Shown here: positions 36,489-45,361 of the stretch, in pieces
Layout: each line of letters starts with the position of its first letter
Position numbering within the stretch: the stretch's first letter is position 1
DNA from: Thermoplasmata archaeon
Lineage (GTDB): Archaea > Thermoplasmatota > Thermoplasmata > Thermoplasmatales > ARK-15
Reading direction: 5' to 3'
NCBI GenBank assembly: GCA_039794005.1
Contig: JBAMMA010000003.1
Location: 1-45,361, forward strand
DNA: 45,361 nt
Notes under the pieces: model-generated
The model's database searches: none
The model's input: only the letters and a program-made list of their open reading frames with translations
What the model was told of the DNA's origin: nothing
Program-made: the position numbers and the translations under genes

Positions 36489-38134
36489 TTTTCAACACTT
36501 TCCAAAATATATTTTAAAGCTTCTTCGTAGTGCATTCTTACTTGTTTCGTTGTATCCCTATCTCTCAATGTGACCGTATTATCATTTAAAGTCTGATAAT
36601 CGATAGTTATTGCCCAAGGTGTTCCTATTTCGTCTGCCCTTGCATATCTCTTGCCTATTGAACCACTTTCATCATAATAACAGTCAATCCCCATACCTGA
36701 TGCCTTTAAATAAATATCATAAGCCAATTTATCCAAATTATCCTTTGGCATCAAGGGAAATATCGCAACCTTGAAGGGAGCGATATGAGGTTTTAATCTT
36801 AAAACCTTGTAATTCTTATCCTCCCTCTCATAATAACTATGCTCCAAGAGAGAGAGTATTATCCTGTCTATCCCAAATGACGGTTCAACAACCGCAGGGA
36901 TTATATCCTCAGTATATACAAATTCTTCATATTCCTCAATATCATAACATCCATCACATACGGGTATACCTTTATATAGAGGTACGGTATCTTTTACTTC
37001 TGCATTTAAAAGGAATTCATAAACATTTTTCCACTCATTTTTATAATATTCCTTTAATTTATCTTCATTAGGTTTATATTTTTTCTTTTTGATTTTAATT
37101 GGAGTTTCTAATTTCCTTTTAAAAACCAATGGTACCTTTGAATATTCTGAATGTTGTTTCAAATCGTATTGGTCTCTGTCAGCAATCCCAACTACTTCAA
37201 TCCAACCGTTATCGGTTAAAATTTCGCAATCCCAACAATCCTTTGAATAGTGTGCAAGTTCGTCTGGATTATGTTGTCTAAATCTAATTTTATTACTATC
37301 TATTCCAATATTAATCATGAACCTATTTACTAATCCTATGAAATATGCAATTGGCTGTAATTTTATTATTTTTTTATCATGTGCTTCTTTTAATTTTATC
37401 TTTATTTCCTGACCATTATTTGGTAATAGATTAACATCATCATTCCAAACATCTATCTTTCCATTCCAATTTAGATCAAATGGATCTAAAAATACTTCCA
37501 CCTCCGCCATGTTAAATTCCCTTAATCTTATCAATGTTTGTCTAGGGGCAATTTCGTTCCTAAAACCTTTTCCAACCTGGACAACACCGAATGGTATTTT
37601 CTCCCTAAAAAATCTATAATAATTCAAAAAATTTATAAATATGCCCTGTGCAGTTTCTGGTCTCAAATAGGAAATTTTACCCTTTCCCGGGCCTACTTTT
37701 GTTGATAACATTAAGTTAAATTTTTCTGGTTCTGTCAAATCACCACCACATTTTTTGCATTTTAAATTCAACTCTTTCATTTTTTTAACCATTGCATCAT
37801 AACCTGTAAATTCGAATTTAGGATCAAATTGTTTTATGTATTCATCAACTCTATAAGCCTCTCCGCAGACTTTACAATATGAAATATAATCTGTAAAAAC
37901 CTTTGTATGCCCTGATGCTTCTAATACTTCTTCCATGTTAATGTTAGGTGAATCTATAATTGCCATTCCCTCGATATTGATGAATAAATACTTGAATTGG
38001 TTTATAACATTATCTTTTATTTTTGTTCCAATGTGACCATAGTCGTAAAAACCGGATAATCCTCCATATATTTCAAAAGCCGGCCAAAAGATATTTCTTC
38101 TTTTTGCCAAATCAACAATTTTCTCGTATATCAA
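36461..38134 (-). CDS. glyS: Glycyl-tRNA synthetase (alpha2 type)
   Basis: YLRPETAQGIF, FRNEIAPR, RLREF..AE, EPSFGIDR, SIGKRYARADEIG. Confidence 0.97.
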   Translation of the reverse strand: MIYEKIVDLAKRRNIFWPAFEIYGGLSGFYDYGHIGTKIKDNVINQFKYLFINIEGMAIIDSPNINMEEVLEASGHTKVFTDYISYCKVCGEAYRVDEYIKQFDPKFEFTGYDAMVKKMKELNLKCKKCGGDLTEPEKFNLMLSTKVGPGKGKISYLRPETAQGIFINFLNYYRFFREKIPFGVVQVGKGFRNEIAPRQTLIRLREFNMAEVEVFLDPFDLNWNGKIDVWNDDVNLLPNNGQEIKIKLKEAHDKKIIKLQPIAYFIGLVNRFMINIGIDSNKIRFRQHNPDELAHYSKDCWDCEILTDNGWIEVVGIADRDQYDLKQHSEYSKVPLVFKRKLETPIKIKKKKYKPNEDKLKEYYKNEWKNVYEFLLNAEVKDTVPLYKGIPVCDGCYDIEEYEEFVYTEDIIPAVVEPSFGIDRIILSLLEHSYYEREDKNYKVLRLKPHIAPFKVAIFPLMPKDNLDKLAYDIYLKASGMGIDCYYDESGSIGKRYARADEIGTPWAITIDYQTLNDNTVTLRDRDTTKQVRMHYEEALKYILESVEKWKREKLLN

Positions 38135-38137
38135 TTT

Positions 38138-38989
38138 CTACTCCTCCATGAGTGAATCCAAAAGATCTATATCATATATCATTGCAACTATTTCTTCATT
38201 GGCATCTTTTACCGGAAGTTGTGAAAAATTATTGTCAACCATAATTTTTGCAGCTTTGTAAATTGGAGTTTTTAACAAAATACTTGTTGGATTTTTCGCC
38301 ATTATCTTCTCTACTGGAACCTTAGGGAATACTATTTTTTCTTCTTTATACTCAATATTTAATATGTTTCTCATACCTTCCCAAGTCCAGGCATCTTCAT
38401 CTTCTCCCAGACCTATTGTGCTTTCAGTACTTTTTATTTCGATTCTTGCATTATCTATTAAATCTTTATCTGTAACAACACCAATAAGATTTGAATCATC
38501 GTCAACTATAGGGAATGCATTTAACTTTGTCAATGTAATAATTTTGTATACTATTTTAACAGGTGTTTTATAGTAAATTAATATACATGGACTTTTTATA
38601 TAATTCTCCACAGGTTTGTTTGATTTTTTTCTCATCAATATTTTCAGGTAATCATAAGGTGTTATAATTCCAACTACCTTGTTTTCTTTGTTCAAAACGA
38701 CTATGTGTCTTCTCAATGTCTTTTTGAAAATTTCAATTGCTTTTTTAATATCATCATCCTCATATACAGTTGGTGCATCAGACCTTAAAAGCATAGCTAT
38801 TTGATCTTCATTTGGTTTTTCAAAAATATCCCTTCTAGTTATAATACCAACAAACTCCATTCTATCATTTATTATCGGTATTCCAGTTACATTATGCTTT
38901 TTCATCAATTTTAATGCATCACTTTTAGACGCTGGCAATTTTAACAATACTGGATTTTTTGTCATTATGTCTCCAATCTTTTCATTCAT
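38138..38989 (-). CDS. CBS domain protein (4 CBS repeats)
   Basis: Four CBS-type segments (VGIIT..D); GAGGTGA SD before ATG 38989. Confidence 0.9.
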   Translation of the reverse strand: MNEKIGDIMTKNPVLLKLPASKSDALKLMKKHNVTGIPIINDRMEFVGIITRRDIFEKPNEDQIAMLLRSDAPTVYEDDDIKKAIEIFKKTLRRHIVVLNKENKVVGIITPYDYLKILMRKKSNKPVENYIKSPCILIYYKTPVKIVYKIITLTKLNAFPIVDDDSNLIGVVTDKDLIDNARIEIKSTESTIGLGEDEDAWTWEGMRNILNIEYKEEKIVFPKVPVEKIMAKNPTSILLKTPIYKAAKIMVDNNFSQLPVKDANEEIVAMIYDIDLLDSLMEE

Positions 38990-39144
38990 TAAGATTGTCA
39001 CCTCTCCGTTCGTCTTGTTATTTATTAAGTTATATTAATTTATTTCTATCAACATAACAAATCTTGGTCTATTTAAAAATTTTGATAAAAAATATTGAAT
39101 AAAATGAAAATATTTTATATTGAATTTATTTAAATTTATAACAG

Positions 39145-39843
39145 ATGAAGGTAGGTACATGTGGGTTTTGTGAAAGTCATTCTTCATATTATAAAGATTT
39201 TGATGTAATCGAGTTGCAAAATACATTTTACGATTTTGTTAATGATAAATGGTTGGAAAAATTGAGAAATGAATCGCCCTCAAATTTTGAGTTTACAATT
39301 AAGGGAATACAAATAATCACCCATAAATACAATTCTCCAACATATAGAAGATTTAAATCAAGTTTTGGTGATAAATTGAATTATGGATTTTTTAGAAAAA
39401 CGGAAGAAGTATACAAATCCATGGAAAAAATGTTTTATTATGCAAATATCCTTAAATCAAATGTGATAATATTACAAGCTCCGCCAAATTTTAATGAAAA
39501 TGATGAAAATCTAAAAAATTTAAATGAATTTTTATATGAATTCACAAACAAAAATATTTTAATAGGACTAGAATTGCGAGGGAATTGGAATAAAGACACA
39601 ATTTTAGAAATGATAAAAAAATTTAATATAATACATGTTACAGACCCATTTAAAGAGGAAAATTTATCTTTAAATTTTAAATATTATAGGCTTCACGGGA
39701 TAGGCGGATATTCCTATAAATATAGTATTGATGATTTAAAGAAATTGATAAAAATCGCAAACAGTAAAGATTATATTTTATTTAACAACACATTTATGTG
39801 TGAAAATGCTAAACAGTTTAAAAATTTAATATTTAATAAATAA
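39145..39843 (+). CDS. DUF72 family protein
   Basis: VGTCGF, ELQNTFY, ITH, QAPPNF, ELRG, YRLHG, FNN. Confidence 0.92.
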   Translation: MKVGTCGFCESHSSYYKDFDVIELQNTFYDFVNDKWLEKLRNESPSNFEFTIKGIQIITHKYNSPTYRRFKSSFGDKLNYGFFRKTEEVYKSMEKMFYYANILKSNVIILQAPPNFNENDENLKNLNEFLYEFTNKNILIGLELRGNWNKDTILEMIKKFNIIHVTDPFKEENLSLNFKYYRLHGIGGYSYKYSIDDLKKLIKIANSKDYILFNNTFMCENAKQFKNLIFNK

Positions 39844-40068
39844 TCAAACATTTTTTATATAATTATATAGAAGAAATGAATTGAATTTACAAACTAAATA
39901 TTATGCACAAGTAATTTTTGCAATTTATTTTATTAAAGAAATTGGTCATTTATAGGATTGCATATTATTATTTGACTATTATTTCAATCATGATATTAAT
40001 TTGTTAGACTAGATCGTACTAATTAAATTAATATATAGTGTTTTCATAAATGTTATTTGTGATTAAAA

Positions 40069-40386
40069 ATGATGGTTAGTGATGAGGAGGAGCAGATAGT
40101 TTCGAACGTCCTTTCAGGCTTCATCACTGCAATTGTTAGTTTAAAGGTAAGTACTGAAAAAATTGATGATGTTGCTAAAAATTTAAAAGATTACGTTAAC
40201 GTAGAGGATCTCTTTTTGGTTACAGGAGATACAGACATAATAATGAAAGTTAAATTCTTAAACTACAAAGACTTAAAGGAATTTATAGTTGATAAAGTAG
40301 GGAAAATGGAAGGTGTTCAAGATACATCCACAATGATTGTTGTGGCATCCTACAAAGAAAAAGGAATTCTAATAACTGAAAAGTGA
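40069..40386 (+). CDS. Stand-alone Lrp/AsnC ligand-binding (RAM) domain protein
   Basis: VEDLFLVTGDTDIIMKV...GVQDTSTMIV; no HTH. Confidence 0.88.
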   Translation: MMVSDEEEQIVSNVLSGFITAIVSLKVSTEKIDDVAKNLKDYVNVEDLFLVTGDTDIIMKVKFLNYKDLKEFIVDKVGKMEGVQDTSTMIVVASYKEKGILITEK

Positions 40387-40402
40387 AAAAGGAGGTGAAA
40401 GA

Positions 40403-40666
40403 TTGTCATTCGAGGAGGATTTGAAAGCGGTAAATGAATTGCTCGATGACATAATAAATGATCAATCCATACCGAGAAATTTGAGAAAGAGTTTTATTGA
40501 AGCAAAGAAAAGACTAAACAATCAAAAAGAAAGCGCTGATTTAAGGATTGCAGGGGCCATTTTCATCATGGAAGAAGTGGTAAATGATTCCACATTGCCA
40601 ATACATGCAAGAAGCACAATATACAATATTATTGGAAAATTGGAAGCACTTTCCAACGAAATTTAA
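40403..40666 (+). CDS. UPF0147 family protein
   Basis: IINDQSIPRNLR, D..LPIHARS.IY..I..LE; strong GGAGGTGA SD before TTG. Confidence 0.9.
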   Translation: MSFEEDLKAVNELLDDIINDQSIPRNLRKSFIEAKKRLNNQKESADLRIAGAIFIMEEVVNDSTLPIHARSTIYNIIGKLEALSNEI

Positions 40667-41106
40667 TTTTTATCTTCAGCATTCTTGTTTAAATTATCTT
40701 TAATTTTAATATCTTTTTCCTTGCTTTCAAACATCAATATATAATTTGTTCTCAGTGATGTTAAAAATATGATTGTGGAAAATAATATAATCACGGGGTC
40801 AAGTGTTATCATGACTGCATCTTGCAGTGAAAAGTAATCTAACATATATTTTACAAATAACAATATAATGATTAAAACAGAAGAAAATATAAGATTGTTA
40901 TATGAATCTGAAAGGTCTACCTTTTTGTCTGAAGTTCGCAATAGTAAAATTATTCCACCTGAGAAAATTAAAATGAAATAAATAAATATTAATTTTACAA
41001 TCAAACTGTCATAGATTATCTTATAAAAATAATTAATTATTAAAAATAACAATAATGCAATAGAATTTAAAAATGGTATAAATTTTCTATTTATTTTAAT
41101 ATTCAT
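40663..41106 (-). CDS. Hypothetical 4-TM membrane protein
   Basis: Four hydrophobic segments and a charged tail. Confidence 0.6.
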   Translation of the reverse strand: MNIKINRKFIPFLNSIALLLFLIINYFYKIIYDSLIVKLIFIYFILIFSGGIILLLRTSDKKVDLSDSYNNLIFSSVLIIILLFVKYMLDYFSLQDAVMITLDPVIILFSTIIFLTSLRTNYILMFESKEKDIKIKDNLNKNAEDKN

Positions 41107-41108
41107 TG

Positions 41109-41282
41109 TTACATCTCTGTTAGGTTTTCAAATTCTTCGCTTAATTCAACCATTACATCCGATAATAAATCTTCAAAGTTACTACTTTTCAATTCCCTTA
41201 GCCCACCTAATTCACTTTTAATTCTTGCAATGAATCTTTTCTTATCCTGGTAAAATTCAATTGAACAAAGTAATTCCTCCAT
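41109..41282 (-). CDS. Small hypothetical protein, 57 aa (MEELLCSIEFYQDKKRFIARIKSELGGLRELKSSNFEDLLSDVMVELSEEFENLTEM)
   Basis: Hand-translated; GGTGA SD 6 nt upstream; stops 2 nt before the next ATG; absent from the ORF track. Confidence 0.75.
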   Translation of the reverse strand: MEELLCSIEFYQDKKRFIARIKSELGGLRELKSSNFEDLLSDVMVELSEEFENLTEM

Positions 41283-41342
41283 AAATTCTCACCAATTGAA
41301 AGTGAAAAAAGTATTATATTTTAATCTTTTCTTTTTAAGAAT

Positions 41343-41357
41343 GCAAAGTTATAAATA
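41343..41357 (+). promoter_or_regulatory. Candidate BRE/TATA promoter of tRNA-Ile
   Basis: GCAAAG-TTATAAATA about 27 nt upstream of the mature tRNA 5' end. Confidence 0.5.
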
Positions 41358-41383
41358 TTAATTTAATATTTTAAAATTAGTCC

Positions 41384-41458
41384 GGGGTCGTAGCTTAGCA
41401 TGGTTGGAGCATCCGGCTGATAACCGGAAGGTCGGCGGTTCAAATCCGCCCGGCCCCA
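41384..41458 (+). tRNA. tRNA-Ile (GAT), no intron, CCA not encoded
   Basis: Acceptor GGGGTCG/CGGCCCC; anticodon arm TCCGG-CTGATAA-CCGGA; T arm GGCGG-TTCAAAT-CCGCC. Confidence 0.96.
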
Positions 41459-41581
41459 TAGTTCATTGATTTTCAGCTTATTGATAAAATAACATCTCTT
41501 TTAATTTGACTGTCATCAATTAAGATAAAGTGAAAAATTAAAAATCATTTAGTCAAGGATATATTTAAAATAAATTGAATT

Positions 41582-42925
41582 TCAGATCTTATTTTCTTCT
41601 TCAACTTTTTTCAGAATTCTATCAATTAATTTCTGATACACCCCTAGATAACTATATGGATCCACAATTTTTTCAAGTTCCTCTTCATCCATAATTTTTT
41701 TAACATCATCATCGGCTAAAAATAAATCTTTGAATGAAATATTTTCTTTTATCGATTTAACGGCATTTCTCCTGACTATTTCATGTGCATCCTGTCTACT
41801 TAAACCTTTTGAAACTAAGTTAAGTATTATTTTTTCATCCATTATATAGTATTTTGATTTTTCTAAGTTTTCCTTCATTCTATTTTCATTAACTATGAGA
41901 TTGGATATAAGCCATGACATCTTGTTCATAATATCATCTATCAAAACTGCTGAATGTGGTAATGTGAATCTTTCACCAGCACTGTTCGTAAGGTCTCTTT
42001 CATGCCATAGTATATTATTTTCAAATGTGGGAATTATCATGGATCTCACTATTCTTGCAAGACTGCATATGTTTTCTGATGTTATTGGATTTATTTTATG
42101 AGCCATTGTGCTCGATCCAACCTGTTTTTCTACGTCAAAATATTCTTGCACTTCTCCTATTTCAGGTCTTTGAAGATTTCGAATTTCAGTAGCTATTTTT
42201 TCAAGTGTTGTTGAAAGATTCGATATAACCGAGATGAACTCTATGTACCTATCCCTTCCTATTATTTGAGTTGGTCCTTCTTCATAGTCTATGTTTAAAT
42301 ATTCCATGACCATTTTTTCAATTTCCAGAGCCTTTTCACCAAATCCTGCACCTGTTCCTACGGCACCCATCATTTTTCCTACCAGGACACGCTTTTTCGA
42401 TTCTCTAAACCTGATGTGCTGTCTATGTATCTCAGCCAAATAAACGGCAAGTTTTAGACCAAATGTTATGGGCAATGCATGTTGGCCGTGAGTACGCCCC
42501 AGCATTACAGTATCTTTATATCTCCTTATTTTATCTATGAATACATTTTCAAGCTCTATGAAATCATTCTCCATAACTTCATAAAATTGTTTTAATTGAA
42601 CGGCATTTGCAGTATCAATTATATCATTTGATGTAGCCCCTAAATGAACATACTTTCCACTTTCTCCGGCTTTTTCAGAAATTGCTTTTACGAGTGCCAT
42701 TACATCGTGTTTAATTTCATTTTCTATTTCTTTTACCCTCTGTATATTTATTTCTCTGCATGCCTTTTTTATATTTTCATAATCCCTTTCACTTATTTTA
42801 TTTACTTTAAAATTGGCATAAGCCAATGCTTCCTCAACTAGGGCCATTGTCTTAATTTTATTTTCTTCTGAAAATATATCTTTGACTACCTTTCTTCCAT
42901 ATCTATAGTCTAGTGGGCAAATCAT
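41582..42925 (-). CDS. purB: Adenylosuccinate lyase
   Basis: HDVMA, HLGATSND, GRTHGQHA, GSSTMAHKINP, WHERDL. Confidence 0.96.
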   Translation of the reverse strand: MICPLDYRYGRKVVKDIFSEENKIKTMALVEEALAYANFKVNKISERDYENIKKACREINIQRVKEIENEIKHDVMALVKAISEKAGESGKYVHLGATSNDIIDTANAVQLKQFYEVMENDFIELENVFIDKIRRYKDTVMLGRTHGQHALPITFGLKLAVYLAEIHRQHIRFRESKKRVLVGKMMGAVGTGAGFGEKALEIEKMVMEYLNIDYEEGPTQIIGRDRYIEFISVISNLSTTLEKIATEIRNLQRPEIGEVQEYFDVEKQVGSSTMAHKINPITSENICSLARIVRSMIIPTFENNILWHERDLTNSAGERFTLPHSAVLIDDIMNKMSWLISNLIVNENRMKENLEKSKYYIMDEKIILNLVSKGLSRQDAHEIVRRNAVKSIKENISFKDLFLADDDVKKIMDEEELEKIVDPYSYLGVYQKLIDRILKKVEEENKI

Positions 42926-43004
42926 ATTTCTGTTAATGTAAATTTATTAAAAATTTTATCTTAACATGAAATGTTTTATAAACAAGTAATTAATATATTG
43001 ATCA

Positions 43005-43622
43005 ATGACCGATATATTTGATTATGATGCATTATTGAAAAGGGCAATGGCACAAAAACCTAAGGAAGTTGATACTGGAGAAAGGTTCCAAATCCCTGAG
43101 CCAGAAATAATAGTGGAGGGTAAAAATACAATATTCAAGAATTTTAAAGAATTTTGTGAGAAATTGGATAGAGCACCGGAACATTTTTCAAAATTTTTAT
43201 TTTGGGAATTGGGGACAGCAGGTCAGATTCAAGGTGAAAGGTTGATATTTAAGGGGAAAGTATCTCCATTGGATATTAAAAATAGAATAAATGATTATAT
43301 CAAAACATATGTTTTATGTTATGAATGTGGCAGTCCAGACACCATATTAAAGAAAGAGGGAAGAATAGAATTGCTTGTTTGTAAAGCATGCGGTGCAATC
43401 AGGCCCGTAAATGCTAAAATAGAGATAAGAACACCGGAAGAAAAAATCGAGGAAAATAAAATCTATGAATTAGAAATAATAGATATAAACAAAGATGGGG
43501 ATGGCATTGCAAAGAAAGGAGAATACACAATTTATGTAAAAAATGCCAAAAAAGGTCAAAAAGTAAAGGTGAAAATAGAAAAAATTAAGAAAAATATAGC
43601 ATTTGGAGTTATTGTTCAATGA
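43005..43622 (+). CDS. Translation initiation factor aIF-2 beta with C-terminal TRAM domain
   Basis: ERFQIP, ELGTAG, CYECGSPDT...CKACGA zinc finger, GDGIAK TRAM domain. Confidence 0.95.
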   Translation: MTDIFDYDALLKRAMAQKPKEVDTGERFQIPEPEIIVEGKNTIFKNFKEFCEKLDRAPEHFSKFLFWELGTAGQIQGERLIFKGKVSPLDIKNRINDYIKTYVLCYECGSPDTILKKEGRIELLVCKACGAIRPVNAKIEIRTPEEKIEENKIYELEIIDINKDGDGIAKKGEYTIYVKNAKKGQKVKVKIEKIKKNIAFGVIVQ

Positions 43623-43634
43623 GAGGTATAGAAT

Positions 43635-44891
43635 ATGAAGCCGTTTTCAAATATAATAAATAAAGAAATTAAAAATCCATCTCCAATTAGGGAAATAATG
43701 AAAATGGCTGAGCCAAAAAATATTATAAATATGGGATTGGATCCTAAAGATGTTATTAGTTTTGGAGGTGGATGGGTAGATCATTACGCACCTGATGAAT
43801 TAATAGAATCTTACATTGAAATTGTATCTTCCAAGAATCTATTTCACCTCAGCGGTGGTTATTCTCCTACCTCAGGTTTTGAAGAAACAAAGGAATCTGT
43901 TAAAAAATTTGAAAAGACATTATTTAATCAAAAATTAAATTCCGAAAACATTATAATTGGAGGAAGTAGTTCTCAATTGACAATAGACCTTTTTAGAGTT
44001 TTATTAAATGATAATGATAAAATCTTATTGCCAGATCCTACATATGCGAATTACTTTGGTCAGTTGTCTTTTGTTTCTTCTAAATTAATAATTGAAAATC
44101 TAAAATTCTTAAACAAGGATACATGGAAATATCTAGAAAATAAGAAGGAATTGTTAGACATTATAACTGAAAAATTCAAAGAAGAGAATGTAAAAGCATT
44201 ATTGTTGGTATCTCCTGATAATCCAACGTCTCAAATATTGCCTGATGATTTTGTAGATAATTTATTAAAGGCTGCAGATGATACAGGCACCTATGTTATA
44301 TTCGATTTTGCATATAAAACACAGTATTTCTCAGATACGTATCCAAGATACTTCTCATATTCACCAACTGAACATCCATCAATGATCACAATAAATTCGA
44401 ATAGCAAATGGGGAAGAGGCCTTGGAAGAAGAATGGGCTGGGTAGAGGCAAACCAGGATGTAATAAATGCCATGGAAAGAATGCAGCAGGTATCAATTTT
44501 ATGTCCAGATACCTTACATCAAATGGCATTCTCTAAATTTGTTGAAAAAATGGGCAGTAAACTCTTAGATTATGTAAACAAAGTAAGAATGGAATACAAG
44601 AAATCCGCCGATTTAACGGTAAGGTCAATAGAGGACTATTTGGGTTTCAGATATCTAAAACCTATGGGTGGACTATATGTTGTTGCTGATGTTGGAATGG
44701 ATTCTGATAAGTTTGTTATAGATGTACTCAAAAATACAGGTGTAATATTCGTTCCAGGAAAAGGGTTTGGATCATCATTGACCAATGGAATTAGAATTTC
44801 ATATGGGCCACTTGTTAGAAATAACGAAAAAATTTTGGAGGGCATCGAGAGGGTTGGTAAATATATTAGATCATCCAAAAATCGTAATTGA
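43635..44891 (+). CDS. PLP-dependent aminotransferase, class I/II
   Basis: SFGGG, DPTY, PDNPT, D.AY, SNSKW...GRRMG, FVPG..FG, IRISY. Confidence 0.92.
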   Translation: MKPFSNIINKEIKNPSPIREIMKMAEPKNIINMGLDPKDVISFGGGWVDHYAPDELIESYIEIVSSKNLFHLSGGYSPTSGFEETKESVKKFEKTLFNQKLNSENIIIGGSSSQLTIDLFRVLLNDNDKILLPDPTYANYFGQLSFVSSKLIIENLKFLNKDTWKYLENKKELLDIITEKFKEENVKALLLVSPDNPTSQILPDDFVDNLLKAADDTGTYVIFDFAYKTQYFSDTYPRYFSYSPTEHPSMITINSNSKWGRGLGRRMGWVEANQDVINAMERMQQVSILCPDTLHQMAFSKFVEKMGSKLLDYVNKVRMEYKKSADLTVRSIEDYLGFRYLKPMGGLYVVADVGMDSDKFVIDVLKNTGVIFVPGKGFGSSLTNGIRISYGPLVRNNEKILEGIERVGKYIRSSKNRN

Positions 44892-45234
44892 TACCAACAT
44901 TTTTATATATATTTTTAAAAATAAAATATCAGTCGAGAGGGAATTATTTAATCTTCTTGGTACTTTTGAATTATATACAACAGATGGAGTTTTAAACGAA
45001 TTAAAAAGGTTGTCAAAAACGAAATGGGAAGCAAAAGCAGCCTTGCAGTATATAGAAATTAAAAAATTAAAAATTATTAAAACAAATAAAAATGGAGATG
45101 AATCAATTCTATTTGTTTCAAAAATGAAAGATACATATATATTAACAAACGATTTTAATTTAGCAAGAAAAATTAAAAGTTATGGTGGAAAAGTAATCAT
45201 AACAAAGGGATTTAAAAGATTAGATTTTTATTGA
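44854..45234 (+). CDS. PIN domain protein (Fcf1/Utp23-like); start uncertain
   Basis: IVIDTN, V..EL..L, GDESI, TND..L motifs. Confidence 0.82.
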   Translation: MVNILDHPKIVIDTNIFIYIFKNKISVERELFNLLGTFELYTTDGVLNELKRLSKTKWEAKAALQYIEIKKLKIIKTNKNGDESILFVSKMKDTYILTNDFNLARKIKSYGGKVIITKGFKRLDFY

Positions 45235-45314
45235 TTTGGAAAATTTTTAAAATAATTCCAATAATTCCAAGAAAAATTTAAATATTTTTGATTATTCTAG
45301 AACCTAGGTGAAAT

Positions 45315-45361
45315 ATGATGAGAATAATGAAGGTGGCAATGGTTGGTTTGGTTCTCTTAAT
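45315..45361 (+). CDS. N-terminus of a probable exported or membrane protein, truncated by window end
   Basis: GGTGA SD, then MMRIMKVAMVGLVLL (basic n-region plus hydrophobic h-region). Confidence 0.5.
   Translation, partial: MMRIMKVAMVGLVLL

Noticed and set aside
41473-41519. Minus-strand TTGATGA...CTGA resembling a C/D box sRNA
   Set aside because: C'/D' boxes are poor and the would-be guides are too AT-rich to plausibly pair with rRNA or tRNA
41384-41581. tRNA-Ile (and tRNA-Arg) as integration sites
   Set aside because: No duplicated tRNA 3' half and no integrase in the window
1301-44878. The many 60-190 aa antisense and alternate-frame ORFs in the track
   Set aside because: They are shadows of well-supported genes, mostly Ser/Phe/Ile/Leu-rich as expected opposite Lys/Glu-rich frames, with no motifs
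1-45361. CRISPR arrays, IS elements, integrases or proviral genes
   Set aside because: No spaced repeats, transposase or recombinase motifs seen; nearly all sequence is housekeeping CDS

Overview
AT-rich, gene-dense archaeal core-chromosome segment, most likely class Thermoplasmata (inference from the A-type ATP synthase order K-E-C-F-A-B-D-H-I, GGTGA/GGAGG Shine-Dalgarno sites and archaeal-type uS15, Rpo11, aIF2-beta-TRAM and phosphopantothenate synthetase). It holds about 50 CDS and two intron-less tRNAs (Arg-CCT, Ile-GAT). Contents: a complete A1Ao ATP synthase operon, a divergent metal-homeostasis locus (DtxR/MntR plus NRAMP versus a ferritin-VIT1 exporter), archease, Smc-ScpA, a tandem CbiE-like methyltransferase pair, peroxiredoxin and Lrp, NAD kinase, hutH, glyS and purB. 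I saw no CRISPR array, transposase, integrase or rRNA. Best candidates for novelty: (1) a Pho84/PHT1-type MFS phosphate transporter fused in frame to a DUF47/PhoU-like domain; (2) an unannotated 34-aa single-TM ORF bridging atpD and atpH; (3) the divergent metal import/export locus containing a CYTH enzyme; (4) a glutaminase-less asparagine synthetase directly upstream of histidine ammonia-lyase; (5) tRNA-Arg ending 4 nt before the archease start codon. All product calls come from motif recognition by eye; no searches were run.
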